Position numbers and translations under genes: made by a program
NCBI GenBank assembly: GCA_038087875.1
Contig: CM075996.1
Span: 1,676,001 to 1,740,000, forward strand
From: Malacoraja senta
Lineage: Eukaryota
DNA: 64,000 nucleotides
Direction: 5' to 3'
Shown: in pieces, positions 12,096-25,200 of the stretch
Layout of the letters: each line of letters begins with the position of its first letter
Position numbering within the stretch: the stretch's first letter is position 1
Notes under the pieces: model-generated
Told to the model about the DNA's origin: nothing
The model's input: the letters and a program-made list of their open reading frames with translations, nothing else
The model's database searches: none

Positions 12096-14859
12096 TTCTA
12101 TGAAAACAGTGTTTGAATAGTTTAAATGTTTAAGAAGGAACTGCAGATGCTGGAGTTTCTCCAGCTTTTTGTCTACCTTTGAATAGTTTAAAGTTGAGTT
12201 AGGAAGGAACTGGACTAGCAAGGAGGTGGGGGGTGGGGTGGATGAAATGGAAATGGCCTGCACGGAGTTACTGATTATTAAACCAGGATCTTGTGAATTT
12301 TATTTGACTGTGCTTCGAAGTACAGTGCAAATGAGCTTGTCGTAAGTGACTAACTACTGATCTCATGATAAATGTTATAGACCAATATGGCATTGAGGAT
12401 TATTTTACATAATAAATGCAATCAGCCTTGCTCATTGTCTTTTAGCTTGTTAAATTAATTCATAAATTCATAACTTCCAGGAGCAGAGTTGGGCCCATCA
12501 AGACTACTCCGCCATTTATCCAATAGACAATAGGTGCAGGAGTAGGCCATTCGACCCTTCGAGCCAGCACCGCCATTCAATGTGTTCATGGCTGATCATC
12601 CCCAATCAGTACCCCGTTCCTGCCTTCTCCCCATATCCCCTGACTCCGCTATTTTTAAGAGCCCTATCTAGCTCTCTCTTGAAAGTATCCAGAGAACCGG
12701 CATCCACCGCCCTCTGAGGCAGAAAATTGCACAGACTCACCACTCTCTGTGTTAAAAAGATTCATGGCTGATCTATCTTTCCCTCCCAACCCCATTCTCC
12801 TGCCTTCTCCCCATAACCCCTGAGACCCGCACTAATCAAGAATCTTTCAATCTCCAACTTAAAAATACCCACTGACCTGTCATCATAGTATTTTGGGATA
12901 CATTTCTTTTAAGCTTAGAAGGTAGGTAAAAAATGCTGGAGAAACTCAGCGGGCGAGGCAGCGTCTATGGAGCGATGGAAAAGGTGACGTTTCGGGTCGA
13001 GACACTTCTTCAGACTTCTTTCCTTTAAGCTTGGTTTTGGCACGTGTTTTCTTCGTTTCATTTTTGAGCTGTCTTTGGAATACAGCACACACATAGGAGG
13101 ACTTCTTGGAAAATAACAATAAAGGTTTGGGTATTAAATTTAATTAAAAACCCTTTCAATCTGTAACGTAACATTGTAAAAGTAATAGTTTGTGGACATC
13201 AGCCGCATGTCCCCCACTGACAAACATTTTTTTTCTTTTTTTACTTAATTCAGAGAATACAGTTGTATGGTTCTGTACAAATTTCTCAAATTTGACATGT
13301 ATGACATTCAGTAGAAATGTAGAGAAAACAAGAGTTTGTTAAGGGATACTACACAATCAAATCTGCCACCCCCTCTGTTTTGGAGAGGAGCCTCTGTTTT
13401 GAAGGGGCGTGGGATAAAAAGCACGATACAAGTCATCAGGCAGTCACTTTTTAACCGAAAGGGCAACAGACTGAGCTAAGTTTCTTTCCATCAGTTGGTG
13501 GCACGAAGATGCCGTTGAGATTCTGCCGTGGCCCCCACTATTACAGCTGTTCTGTGGCGCCCCTATCATACAACCCACCACGGAATCTCGTGCCAGACGT
13601 TCCCACTCGTCTACCTTGAAGACGGTGAACGTTTTCAGCTAAAACTAATATTTAGAATTCCTTCCAGCTGTGCAATCGACAGTACCTCGGAGTTAAGGGT
13701 GGAATTATTGCTAAAATGTAATAAAATAATTTCCTGGTGATTTTCATGCTGATTTACGCAGACCGTGGGCCTTTATTCCGCTATCATTCACGGTTGGGAA
13801 CTGTGTCCCACAGTTGGATCTTCAGCTTCAACCAAGAGGTCCATTCTGTGGGCTTCTTACTGCTTGCTCTCCAGCAGAACTGCAATGGACAAGATTGGGG
13901 CCGGGGAAGGAGGGGAGGGCTCTATGGTACAGAGAAGTTCTCTGCAGAGGTCCTACTCTTTAAATTCTTCCCCCCAACCGATCCTGAGAGCCCTTCGACC
14001 AGGTAACTTGGAGGAACCTGAGTGCGTTTTGGAGTTCAGAGGAACTGACCTTTCGCGAGGAGAGACCGGCCAGAGACGGCGAGGGTTGTCGGAATACATC
14101 GCCATAACCCACTACAACTCACAGTAAAGTAATACCAGAAATGTCAAAATAACCAACATTTCCTTTGTTTATATATCAACCTCACAACAAGCTTCAAAAA
14201 TACCGAAGAATCACACAAAATAAAAAGCATCTGAATAGTCCTCATACTCTTTGACGTTGCTAATATTGGTCTCAACGGATCTCAACTCTCCAGTCCAAAT
14301 AATAGTTGTTCAGAAAACAAAAGATTGCTGTGAATTCTTTGGGCTCCGCTCGAAGCAGAATCATCTTGCCTCCAAGTTGGGGAAGGAGGAAAGAGGGTTT
14401 GGAAAACTAAAAGGGACAAATTGTGGAAAATGATTGAGCAAAGCGCCAACTCGTTGCTCAAGTCCTTCCTTGCCCTGCTCAATTGGAAGTAAGTGTGGAT
14501 GGCGTCAAGGTGATCTGCGGCCAACGACACGAGTCAGTCAGCACACTAGCTGTACCGGATTTTATTTTGTGACCAAAAAGACCTAGTATGATACATAGCG
14601 ATCGGTGAACCAGGTCAATGTTGATCTACAGATTGACACTATTGACAAAGTTTGAGGAAGAGCCCATTGCACGAGACCTGTTTTTAAAAAAATGCATTGA
14701 CCCATTTTGTTCTTTATAATGAATTTAAAACGTGCGTCCCCGCACCGCCCCGTTCGTTCAAGAGGTACATATATTGTCACAATCAAATTCCTGGAGCTGG
14801 TGTTTCATTAAGTTATCTTGTCGCCACAAGAAAGCATTCTTATATGTTGCTTGCGGCCT

Positions 14860-15288
14860 TGTGTGTGTGTGATGGCGTGCGTGTGTGTAGGCGTGCTTGA
14901 GTGTGTGTTTGTGAATGTCCCCGTGTGTGTGTGTCTGTAGGAGTGCGTGAGTGTGCATGATTGTGTATGTATGTGAGTGTCCGCGTGTGTGTGTCTGTAG
15001 GAGTGCGTGAGTGTGCATGATTGTGTGTGTATGTGAGTGTCCGCGTGTGTGTGTGTGTCTGGAGGTGTGCGTGAGTGTGTGTCTGTCAGTGTGCGTACAT
15101 GATTGTGAGTGTGCGTGTGTGTGTCAGTCGGTGTGCGTGTGTGGCTGTGTGTGTATGTATGTGTGTGCATGTCTGTGTGTGTATGTCTGTGTGTGAGTGT
15201 TTGTGTGTGTGAGTGTTTGTGTGTGTCCGTGTGCGTCTGTGCGTGCGTGTGCACACGTGTGTCGGTGTGTGTGTGTGTATGTGAGTGT
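14860..15288. repeat. Degenerate (TG)n tract with a 60-bp tandem duplication
   Basis: 14921-14980 and 14981-15040 are near-identical. Confidence 0.9.
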
Positions 15289-16308
15289 CGTTGGAGAATT
15301 GGTTGAGATGTTTGATCAGATGTCAGCGCCAACTGGCTGTACAGCAACACACCGTGAAGGAGAAAAGAGATGAAGGCTTCTAAAATCTTAGCAACAGGTC
15401 GTTCCTTGGGGCACTTGGCAGCAACTCCACGATTCCATGGGCTTCTCACCATTGTCTTTGAAGCTTTCCATGCGCACATCTCCAACATGCCTGATGGCCC
15501 TTCCAACCCCATCCACCATCTTGTCTCAATGACGTGGTCCATTCATGACTTTGCATTGGACCCGCGTCCAATATGCCCATCTGGCCCTGAGCCACTCCAG
15601 CTAGTCTTGAGAAACCATTTAGTTGGGGGCCCTTGGTACTTGACTCGGTGTGAAGTGGGATACATGGGAATTGTCAGTGTGGGCCAAGGCTAAAGCCGTG
15701 ATGGGATCGTTAGGTAATCCAGGATTGGATTGAGATGTTTGTTTTTCAGGGTTTGACTCTTTAAATGAACCTATCTGGTATTTCCAAATAGCTTTGGGGG
15801 GGAAATGGAAACAGTGGGAAAAGTGCAAATGATGGTTGGTCTGGAATGTAAGGGGATGTAGGGGCATTATTATTGGAGAGCTGGGTCGCAGAAGGTCCAT
15901 GCACATGGTCACTAGATGGAAATAGAGTAACGGTCAAATGGACGTTGCAAATGGCTCGTGTTAATGGGATGGATGGACGGTTGTCAAGGAGCTATGACGG
16001 AAGGGACATTGGAACCGGGTGCAAGTCTGATCAGTAAAAGGGGGAACTGATGGGACGAGGCAATGGCTTCAGGTGAGGCTGGGTACATGGAACTGATGGT
16101 CAATGGATGCCGGTCTCACCAAGGGAATGGCGCCCAAGTGACAACGCAAACTCTGCAGGGTCACTGCTAAATCACCACAGCATAACAGAACCCTCAGACA
16201 GGGTGGCCGAGTCTTGTGTAGCTGAACCAGGGGCAGGGCTTTGCAAAGAGGCAGCCGAGACGAGAGTTTGTGCCAGGGTCCACTTGTGCAGCTCAGTAAA
16301 TGCGGATC

Positions 16309-16355
<47 letters not shown>

Positions 16356-16422
16356 GGAGAGAGTGTCGTCCCCCCCCCCCCATCGTGGGCCGAGACGACC
16401 AGTAAAACAGGGGGGCAGGGAG

Positions 16423-16558
16423 TTGGGGGTGGGGAGAGATTGCAACCTTCACGTGGTCCGCCCTATGTCGACTAATGCAATCAACCTTGGCGTGGACAAT
16501 CAAATGCGATCAAGTTGTCCTACAACTTTAGGCTGTACAGCAAGAAGAAGAAGCAGAA
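16423..16558 (+). mobile_element. Second copy of the HDV-ribozyme-headed short retroelement, antisense in the LRRC4B 3' UTR
   Basis: Same P1/P2/P3/L3/J4-2 (16426-16482), shared caagttgtcctacaactttaggctgt and gaa tail. TSD gggcagggag at 16413-16422 and 16559-16568. The G after P1' is changed to A (16465). Confidence 0.75.
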
Positions 16559-16692
16559 GGGCAGGGAGGAGGTCCACACACCCTCCCCCCCCCATAGTAC
16601 GTGTCCCCCTTCTCCTCCTCCCCAATAGGCAACCCTCCCAGCCCAGCCCAGCCCAGCCCTCTCCACCGCCCCCCGCCCCCCTCCACCGGTCC

Positions 16693-18681
16693 CTAGATCT
16701 GAGTCTCTTGTACGTTCTCTTTGGAGCTGGACTTGAAGAGGAGTGGTTCGTGCACCGAGTTGTGGAGCGGGTTTTTGGTGCAGTTCAGTGGGGCGTTGGC
16801 GGTGGCCGTGTTGTTGTTGTAGTGAGCCTTGTAGGTGGCGTAGTGGTTGAGGTGGTCGGCGGGCAGAGCCAGGCAGCTGTCGGCAGGGGCCGAGCCGGCC
16901 AGCTCGTCGTCCACGTTGATGATCTCCACCGTGCGGGCCTGGCCGTGGTGCTTGTGCAGCTGGTGCTGCTTCCGGAGTTTGTAGAAGACCACCAGCATGA
17001 CGGCGGCCATGAAGGTGATGGCCACGAAGCAGCCGATGATGATCTTGGTGGTCTTCATCACGTCGTCCAGTCCGGCCAGAGCGTGGTCTCCCGGCTCGGT
17101 GGCCAGGGGCACGGTGAAGGCCGACTGTGGCGTGGTGGAGGAGGGCGAGGAGGAGGAGGAGGAAGGAGGGGAGGGGTGGGCGGCCGAGGAGCCCGAGGGC
17201 GTGGGTCCAGCCTGATGCTCGGTGGAGCGAGGATCGTCCACCACCTCCACCGTCTCCACCGTCACGGTGGTGAAGTAGCTGTAGCTGTTGGAGCCGCCGC
17301 TGCCCGCCCCGCTGCCCAGTCCGCCGGTCAGCCCGCCTTCTGCCAGCGAGACGTTGAGGGTGGCCGAGGCGGTGGCGTTGCCGGCGGAGTTGCTGACCAG
17401 GCAGGTGTAGAGCCCGGTGTCTTGCACCGTCACGTTGGTGAAGTTGAGGGTGCCATCGTGCAGCACGGAGATCCTCACCCGGTACGAGCCGTGGGTCATC
17501 AGGGTGCCGTTGGGTGTCATCCAGTTGACGGAGGTCATGGAGGTGGCCGCTCGGCACTTCAGCTCGGCCGCCATGCCCTCGGTCACGTTGAGGTCGGCCG
17601 GTGGCTCCACGATGACGGGAGCGTAGCAGGTGAAGTGGCTCTGGTCCAACTCGCCCAGGTAGCGGGCCTTCAGCCCCGGCGGCGAGTGGCAGCGGGCGCA
17701 GCAGGTGGTGTTGCTGGGCACCGTCTCCTTCAGCCACCAGCTGAGCCACAACACGTCGCAGTTGCAGTGCCAGGGGTTGTGGTTGAGGTGCACCCTCTCC
17801 AGGCGGTGCAGCGGGGTGAAGAGGTCGTGGGGCAGCGAGGTCAGGTTGTTGTGAGACAGGTTCAGCTCCTCCAGCGACTGCAGGTCGTCGAAGGCGTTGC
17901 GCTCGATCAGCTGCACCTGGGCGTGCATCAGCCACAGCTTGCGCAGGCTGGTCAGCCCTTGGAAGGAGCCGGGCTGGATGACCTCCAGCCTGTTGCCCGA
18001 CAGCTCCAGCTCCTCGAGCCTCAGCAAGGGCGTGAGGTTGGGGATCTCCGCCAGGTTGCACATGCCCAGGTTCAGGTACCTCAGGTTGACCAAGCCCTCG
18101 AAGGCGGCGTCCGATATGTACTCCAGCTTCTTCAGCTCGCCCAGGTCCAGCCGCCGGAGGGATGGCACCCGGTTGAAAGCGTAGGAGGGGATGCTCTCGA
18201 TGGGGTTGTTCCTCAACCACAGCTCCCTCAGCTTGGACAGGTACTCGAACGCCCCGCTGGGCACGGTGGTGAGGCGGTTGTCAAACAGTTCCAGCGTGTT
18301 GAGGCTGGTGAGGCCGTTGAAGGCTCCCACCTCCACCTGGCGGATCAGGTTCTTGCTGAGCTGCAGGATCTCCAGGTGTCTCAGCTGCTTGAAGGTGTCC
18401 GCCTTGATCACCTGGATGACGTTCTCCTGCAGGTTCAGGTAGCGGGTGTTGGTGGAGATTTCGCTGGGAACCTCGCGGAGCTCAAAGCGAGTGCAGATCA
18501 CCTTGCTGAACTGGTTGCTGCACGAACAGCCCTTGGGACAGATGTGTGGCTGGGCAAGTCCCCCCAACAGCGACAAGGTCCATAGGACCACCAGCACCAG
18601 GCGGCTAACAGTCCTGCAAACGTTGACTCTCATCCTCTGCGTTTGATGTGCCTTCGTCATCATCATCATCATCGCCCCCAT
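16693..18681 (-). CDS. LRRC4B: Leucine-rich repeat-containing protein 4B (netrin-G ligand 3, NGL-3), 662 aa, single coding exon
   Basis: Signal peptide, LRRNT ([16 protein letters not shown]), LRR array, LRRCT ([30 protein letters not shown]), Ig domain, TM ([21 protein letters not shown]) and C-terminal PDZ motif ETQI. Segments such as [53 protein letters not shown] and HEPLLFKS match LRRC4B as I recall it rather than LRRC4C or LRRC4. Confidence 0.92.
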   Translation of the reverse strand: MGAMMMMMTKAHQTQRMRVNVCRTVSRLVLVVLWTLSLLGGLAQPHICPKGCSCSNQFSKVICTRFELREVPSEISTNTRYLNLQENVIQVIKADTFKQLRHLEILQLSKNLIRQVEVGAFNGLTSLNTLELFDNRLTTVPSGAFEYLSKLRELWLRNNPIESIPSYAFNRVPSLRRLDLGELKKLEYISDAAFEGLVNLRYLNLGMCNLAEIPNLTPLLRLEELELSGNRLEVIQPGSFQGLTSLRKLWLMHAQVQLIERNAFDDLQSLEELNLSHNNLTSLPHDLFTPLHRLERVHLNHNPWHCNCDVLWLSWWLKETVPSNTTCCARCHSPPGLKARYLGELDQSHFTCYAPVIVEPPADLNVTEGMAAELKCRAATSMTSVNWMTPNGTLMTHGSYRVRISVLHDGTLNFTNVTVQDTGLYTCLVSNSAGNATASATLNVSLAEGGLTGGLGSGAGSGGSNSYSYFTTVTVETVEVVDDPRSTEHQAGPTPSGSSAAHPSPPSSSSSSPSSTTPQSAFTVPLATEPGDHALAGLDDVMKTTKIIIGCFVAITFMAAVMLVVFYKLRKQHQLHKHHGQARTVEIINVDDELAGSAPADSCLALPADHLNHYATYKAHYNNNTATANAPLNCTKNPLHNSVHEPLLFKSSSKENVQETQI

Positions 18682-18731
18682 TCATAATTTATTCAAGGTT
18701 CTCGTCCAAAACATCCAGGTGTCTCTGTGGG

Positions 18732-18750
18732 CTAAAGGAGACAGAGAGTT
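18732..18750 (-). other. LRRC4B: Splice acceptor of the LRRC4B coding exon (exon starts 18731)
   Basis: Minus strand reads aactctctgtctcctttAG|cccacag, a polypyrimidine tract plus AG 50 nt upstream of the ATG. Repeats begin just upstream. A second possible AG lies 7 nt downstream. Confidence 0.75.
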
Positions 18751-20169
18751 AACAAGCACGCAAGGAACTGCAGGAGCTGGAATCTAGCGCAAAACACAAA
18801 GTGCTTTCAGGAGAGAGCTAGATAGGGCTCTTAAAGATAGCGGAGTCAGGGGATATGGGGAGAAGGCAGGAACGGGGTACAGATTGGGGATGATCAGCCA
18901 TGATCACATTGAATGGCGGTGCTGGCTCGAAGGGCCAAATGGCCTCTACTCCTGCACCTATTGTCTATTGTCTATTGAACCCAGCGGGCCCGGCAGAATC
19001 TGTGGAGTTCATAAGTTCATAAATCATAGGAGCAGAATTAGGCCATTCGGTCCATCAAGTCTGCTCCGCCAATCAACCATGGCTGATCTATCTCTCCCTC
19101 CTAACCCTATTCTCCTGCCTTCTCCACCTAACCTCTGACACACGTACTGATCAAGAATCTATCTATCTATCTCTGCCTTAGAAATACCCACTGGCTTGGC
19201 CTCCACAGCCTTCTGTGGCAATGAGTTCCACGGATTCACCACCCTCTGGCTAAATAAATGTCTCCTCATCTCCTTCCTAAAGGAAGTCCTTGAATTCTGA
19301 GGCTGTGATCTCTGGTCCTGGACTCTCCCACTAGTGGAAACAAACGCTCATTATATGATAACCCAACCGTTCCTGGGATCGAAGGCTGTGGAGGCCATCG
19401 GTGGATATTTTTAATGCAGAGATAGATAGATTCTTGATTAGTGCGGGTGGGCAGAAGGCAGGAGAATGGGGTTAGGAGGGAGAGATAGATCAGCCATGAT
19501 TGAATGGCGGAGTAGACTTGATGGGCCGAATGGCCTAATTCTGCTCCTATCACTTATGACCATATGATCAGTAGATCCTTCCTACACGTAGAACTCTTGT
19601 GAACGGGTGATCGATGGTCGGAACGGACTCAGTGGGCTGAATGGCCTGTTTCCATGCTGTATCTCTAAACAATGTCGTACGGGGCTAGGAATTTTCCTAT
19701 TGTTACCCAGATAAGGAATTCCCAGTCCCACATCAATGCAATAGACAACTTCACTGCCGTCTCAAATGAATCAGTGAGCTATAAATGTCAGTCCTGCCAC
19801 TGATACGTATATCCTGAAATTGAATGCAGCTACAAACAATGAACCAGTGGTTTAATAGTCTATTTTTATTTGGTTCTTAGGCAAGGGTGCATTTATTGCA
19901 CAAACGCGGTTACAACTGAATACCTTCAACATCAAAAGCAACAGCATTGTTCCAAACATAGACACAGAGTGCCGGAGTAACTCAGCGGGTCAGGCAGCAT
20001 CTGTGGAGAACATGGATAGGTGACGTTTCAGGGCAGGACCCTTCTTCAGACTGGGAGAGAGAGAGTGGGGGTGGGGGTGCTAGTGTACATGTAGATGGTG
20101 CCAATTCTTTCACTCAGTCTGACGAAGGGTCTCGACCCAAAACATCACCCATTCCTTCTCTCTAGAGGA

Positions 20170-20670
20170 AATAGAGAGAGTACAGAGGAGATTTACAAGA
20201 ATGTTGCCTGGGTTTCAACAACTAAGTTACAGAGAAAGGTTGAACAAGTTAGGACTTTATTCTTTGGAGCGCAGAAGGTTAAGAGGGGACTTGATAGAGG
20301 TCTTTAAAATTATGAGCGGGATAGACAGAGTTGACGTGGATAAGCTTTTCCCACTGAGAGTAGGGAAGATTCAAACAAGGGGACATGACTTGAGAATTAA
20401 GGGACAGAAGTTTAGGGGTAACATGAGGGGGAACTTCTTTACTCAGAGAGTGGTGGCTGTGTGGAATGAGCTTCCAGTGAAGGTGGTGGAGGCAGGTTCG
20501 TTTTTATCATTTAAAAATAAATTGGATAGTTATATGGACGGGAAAGGAATGGAGGGTTATGGTCTGAGCGCAGGTATATGGGACTAGGGGAGAATACGTG
20601 TTCGGCACGGACTAGAAGGGTCGAGATGGCCTGTTTCCGTGCTGTAATTGTTATATGGTTATATGGTTAT
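20170..20670 (+). mobile_element. CR1 LINE 3' fragment (distinct subfamily)
   Basis: ORF 20201-20587 GLYSLERRRLRGDLIEVFK...FFTQRVVAVWNELP. (TTATATGG)n tail. Confidence 0.88.
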
Positions 20671-22008
20671 ATGCTGCCTGTCCCAGCGAGTGACCAGCAT
20701 TTTGTGTCTATCTTTGGTTTAAACCAGCTTCTGCAGTTCCTCCCTACACATTTCGCTTGCTTAGTTTAGTTCAGTTTCGAGATACAGCGCGGAAACAGGC
20801 CCTTTGGCCCACCGAGTACGCGCCGACCAGCGATCCCCGCACACACTGACACTACCCTACAACACAGGTCGCGGGGAGAACGCGCAAACTCCGCACAGAC
20901 AGCACCCGTGGTCGGGATCGAACCCGGGTCTTTGGCGCTGTGAGGCAGCAGCTCTACCCGTTGCCGCCCATTGCTTGTCCATTGCATCTGCTTAAAGAGG
21001 GTTAAAAGAGACCAACTGCTTCTCTTGCAGCGCTGGGGACAGTTGAAGGATACTCGTGAATTCATTTCCACTTCTCCCTTGTCATCTTTCCTTGAGCTCC
21101 GAACTCCAAACTTGCATCAGGGACCTTGGGCTTTGTCCTGCTTTTTTGCACCTGACAATATATGGTTTTCTTTTATTTATTGAACTTCGTTTTTTGTTGC
21201 TTGTTTATTACATCATCCAGTGAGTATCATGTTCACAAACCCTGTCGTGGTGCTGCAAGTAAGCTATTCATTGTTCTGCCTCTGTTCGCATGACAATGAA
21301 ACACTCTCCACGTCTTTGTGGCGATGGGGCGGTACAAGCGAAAGCCCATCCGAGAGCAGGGAAATAGCAAAGCAAAATGGGACTGCGCAGTTCAGGAAGG
21401 AACTGCAGATGCTGGTTTACACCGCAGATAAAACACAAAATGCTGGAGTCCTCGGTGGACCGAAGGGCCTGTTTCCGCGCTGTATCTAAAGCTAGTGTAG
21501 ACATTGCTAGTCCCTCGATTTGCACTTTGTGCAACTTTCCTACTCATACTCAAACTGCGGAGTTGCCAATCACACCAAAGTGTGTAGCAACAATTATAAG
21601 TACAAAGGCGTGTAACAATTCCTGTATGTACAGAACGAAGGAAACATTGAGAAACATGGCAAAGAAAAGTTGTGACATACCCCCAGTTTTAGTTTAATTG
21701 AAATGTGTGGGAAGGAACTGCAGATGCTGGTTTACACCGAAGATAGACACAAAAAGCTGGAGTAACTCAGCGGGACAGGCAGCATCTCTGGAGAGAAGGA
21801 ATGGGTGACGTCTCGGGTCGAGACCCTTCTTCAGACTGCTGACATTAGAGAAGGTAAAGGGGAGTGGAAAAGATGAGACGGTTGATGTCACGCCGGCAGT
21901 TAGAAATGAAAAGGTCGAGAGAGGGTAGAAGGCCGTTCTGGGGAGTACAAGAGGAGGGGACTGGTGGAGATGGGAGAAGGGGTCATCACTGAGTGATGAG
22001 GAAACTTA

Positions 22009-22294
22009 AGGGCCTGTCCCACTTAGGCGACTTTTTAAGCGAGTGCAGGAGACTCTGCGTCGCCTCATGATCGCCACATGGTCGCCACATGTTCGCTGGT
22101 GGTCTCTGGTGAGTCCCCTTCATGGTCGCGAGGAGTTCCCGCATTCTGGGAACTGGTCGCGGCCTCAGTATGGTGGTAGCAAATTTTTCAACATATTGGT
22201 CGCCATGGAGAAAATCGATAATCCTGTAGTCGTAGGTGCAGTGGTAGTGGGGTCACCATGTAGTTGCAGGTAGTCGAGGTAGTCGTAGGTAGTT
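22009..22294. mobile_element. Harbinger-type MITE, right TIR lost
   Basis: Left TIR agggcctgtcccacttaggcga with tta on both sides. The host PLE sequence rejoins by comparison with 35935-36080. Confidence 0.65.
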
Positions 22295-25200
22295 TTAGTC
22301 CCATAGAAAAAGGTGTGGAGGTGGAGGGGACATAAGAAAAGCTCTACGTCGTGGCTGATCCGGAACTCATTGAGGTGGGGGTCGGAGGGGAACGAAGGTG
22401 AGGCCTCTGTTGAGGACAGACCGTTCCGTATCGGAAAGGGGGAGGTCAGGGGGGGACAGTAAAGACACGATTAGGGTGGGGGTTAGGGTAACCGGAGGGC
22501 TGGGGATTGGACAGAAATACAGGAACGGGCCCTTCGGCCCACAATATCCGTGATAGCACAGAACTAGTGTGAACGGTGATTGATGCAGTATTTTTCACTT
22601 AATTGAATCAATTATCTCTTAATGAAAATGGGCAACACAAAGGCACAGCGGGTAGAGTTGCTGCCTCACAGCGCCAGAGACCCGGGTTCAATCCTGGCCT
22701 CGGGTGCTGTCTGTGTGGAGTTTGCACGTGCTCCCTGTGACAGCGTGGGCTTGCTACGGGTGCTTCGGTTTCCTCCCGCACCCCAAAGACGTGCGTGTTT
22801 GTAGATTAATAGCGCCCCCCCCCCCACCCCTGGTGTGTAGGGAGTGGATGGGTAAGTGGGATAACACAGCGGTGTGAACACTCGAGTGATCGATGGTCGG
22901 CATGGACTGTTGGGCCGAAGGGCCTGTATCTCTAAAATAAAAACGAGATTAAATCGGTGAGGTTGGACTTGACCAACTGACCTGCAGACAGCGAAACTCG
23001 AGAGAGATCAGTCATCACATAAGCTTATCTGAAGCCCAATCTCATTTGCAGAGTCTATTACAGTCTATATTTTATTGAGACATAAATAGGTCTACGTATT
23101 GTTCTACTCTTCGATCACCCCAGCTGCCTTGTGTTGGCAGCTCTCCGTCTCCTCTGCTTGTGACGCATGCCAAATTGTCCGAGGAATTGTAACGTTTATA
23201 TTGAGAATGGCTTCCCTTTTCTTCATCACCTCCACCCCGATGCTGAAATATCGAGCTGGCTTTAGCCTGACTCACCCTGTCTTTACTCCTTGCAGAATGG
23301 GCCTACCAATTGCCTGATTGCTGGAAGAAAAAAGGACCCAGAACAGATAAACCTTCCCGGTATCCAAATCATCCCCTTTCCAATGAAACAGGTTTTAGAG
23401 ATGCAGCAAGGAAACAGGCCCTTCGGCCCATCGAGTCCACACTGACCATCGATCACAAATTCACACTAGTTTTGTGCTATCCTCATATCCTTCTCAAGGC
23501 TTTCCATCATTGATAGAACAGTATAGACACAAAAAGCTGGAGTAACTCAGCGGGACAGGTAGCGTCTCTGGATTGAAGGAAGAATGGGTGACGTTTCAGG
23601 TCGAGACCCTTCTTCAGACCCGAAAAGTCACCCATTCCTTCTATCCATGGTGATGTTTTGGGTCCGAAGAAGGGTCCCAACTTGAAAGTCACCCAGTCCT
23701 TCTATCCAGAGATGCTGCCTGCTCCCTCTGAGGTACTCCAGCATTTTATGCCTATCTTTGGTGTAAACCAGCATCTGCAGTTCCTTCCTATCCGTAGAAC
23801 AGTACAGCACAGCAACAGGCCCTTCTCCCTACACTGTCTGTGCCGAACATGATGCCAAGACCAACTCTATCTCCCTGCTCATAATGCACGTCTCTGCATT
23901 CCCTGCATATCCATGTGCCTATCCAAAAGCCTCTTAAACACCACTATCGTATCTGCCTCCACCACCACCCCTGGCAGCACGTTCCAGGCACCCACCACCC
24001 TCTGTGTAATAAAACCTGCCCCGCACACCTCCTTTAAACTTTGCCCCTTTCACCTTACACCTACGCCCCCTAGTATTTGATATTTCCTTCCTGTGAAAAA
24101 GGTTCTGACTGTCCACCCTCTCTGTGCCTCTCATAATTGTATACGCTTTTATCAGGTCTCCCCTCAATGCAATCACATCTGATCCTCTACCTTACAATTA
24201 TATCTCTGTTCCCTCTCTCCCTGCCCATTGATGTCTCAGGCATAGAGAAACTCCAGACCTTTTAATTAACCAACTTTAATTAACTGAATTTATACTTGTG
24301 ATCGGCCTTGATGGGATATGAACTCTGGTCTCTAGATCATAATCCATGTTCCAAATTAATAGCCCAGTAACATAGTGGAGCCAGTCTTTGTTTATTTACC
24401 AATGTCAAACTGATTGTGATGTTGCTGAGAAGGACCTTGGGATGTTTCATCATGTTAAAGGCACTTTCTATACACATAAGGATAAATCTGTCTGTGGAAT
24501 TCTCTGCCTCAGAGGGCGGTGGAGGCAGGTTCTCTGGATGCTTTCAAGAGAGAGCTAGATAGGGCTCTTAAAAATAGCGGAGTCAGGGGATATGGGGAGA
24601 AGGCAGGAACGGGGTACTGATTGTGGATGATCAGCCATGATCATATTGAATGGCGGTGCTGGCTCGAAGGGCCGAATGGCCTACTCCTGCACCTATTGTC
24701 TATTGTCTATTGTTCTGGTATTTTAAACATTCCTGATTTCCATTGATCTGCCATTGTTAGAGATTAAGGTGTATTGATCTCCCAGCCTTAGCATCTATGG
24801 TTGGTAGACACAAGTAACTGCAGATGTTGGAAATAGACACAAAGTGCTGGAGTAACTCAGCGGGACAGGCAGCATCTCTGGAGAGAAGGAATGGGTCTCG
24901 ACCCGAAACGTGGTCGAGACTCTTCTTCAGACTGAGAGTCGGAGGAAAGGGAAATGAGAGATATAGACGGTAATGTGGAGATATATAGAACAAATGAATG
25001 AAAGATATGCAAAAAAGTAATGATGATAAAGGAAACAGGCCCATTGTTAGCTGTTTAGCATTCCCTCTCTCTCCATCCCTCCCCCACCCAAATCGCACCA
25101 GTTCTCATTTTCACCCAACAAACAGCTAACAATGACCTGATTCCTTCATCATCATTACTTTTTGGCATATCTTTCATTCGTTGTTCTTTATCTCTCTTCA

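Larger units (their letters stand above)
13100..16692 (-). other. LRRC4B: Probable long 3' UTR of LRRC4B
   Basis: About 3.5 kb downstream of the stop, almost free of the SINE/LINE copies that saturate the rest of the window, with an AT-rich distal end. Candidate signals: AATAAA (plus-strand tttatt at 14561 and 13772) and ATTAAA (tttaat at 13139). Confidence 0.5.

Noticed and set aside
14758..15542. His/Thr and Cys/Val ORFs
   Set aside because: Translations of (CA/TG)n repeats.
16300..18585. 761-aa plus-strand ORF and 566-aa alternative-frame ORF (16520-18220) overlapping LRRC4B
   Set aside because: Shadow ORFs expected from the very GC3-rich CDS. No recognisable domains, and they run through a microsatellite or the SINE.
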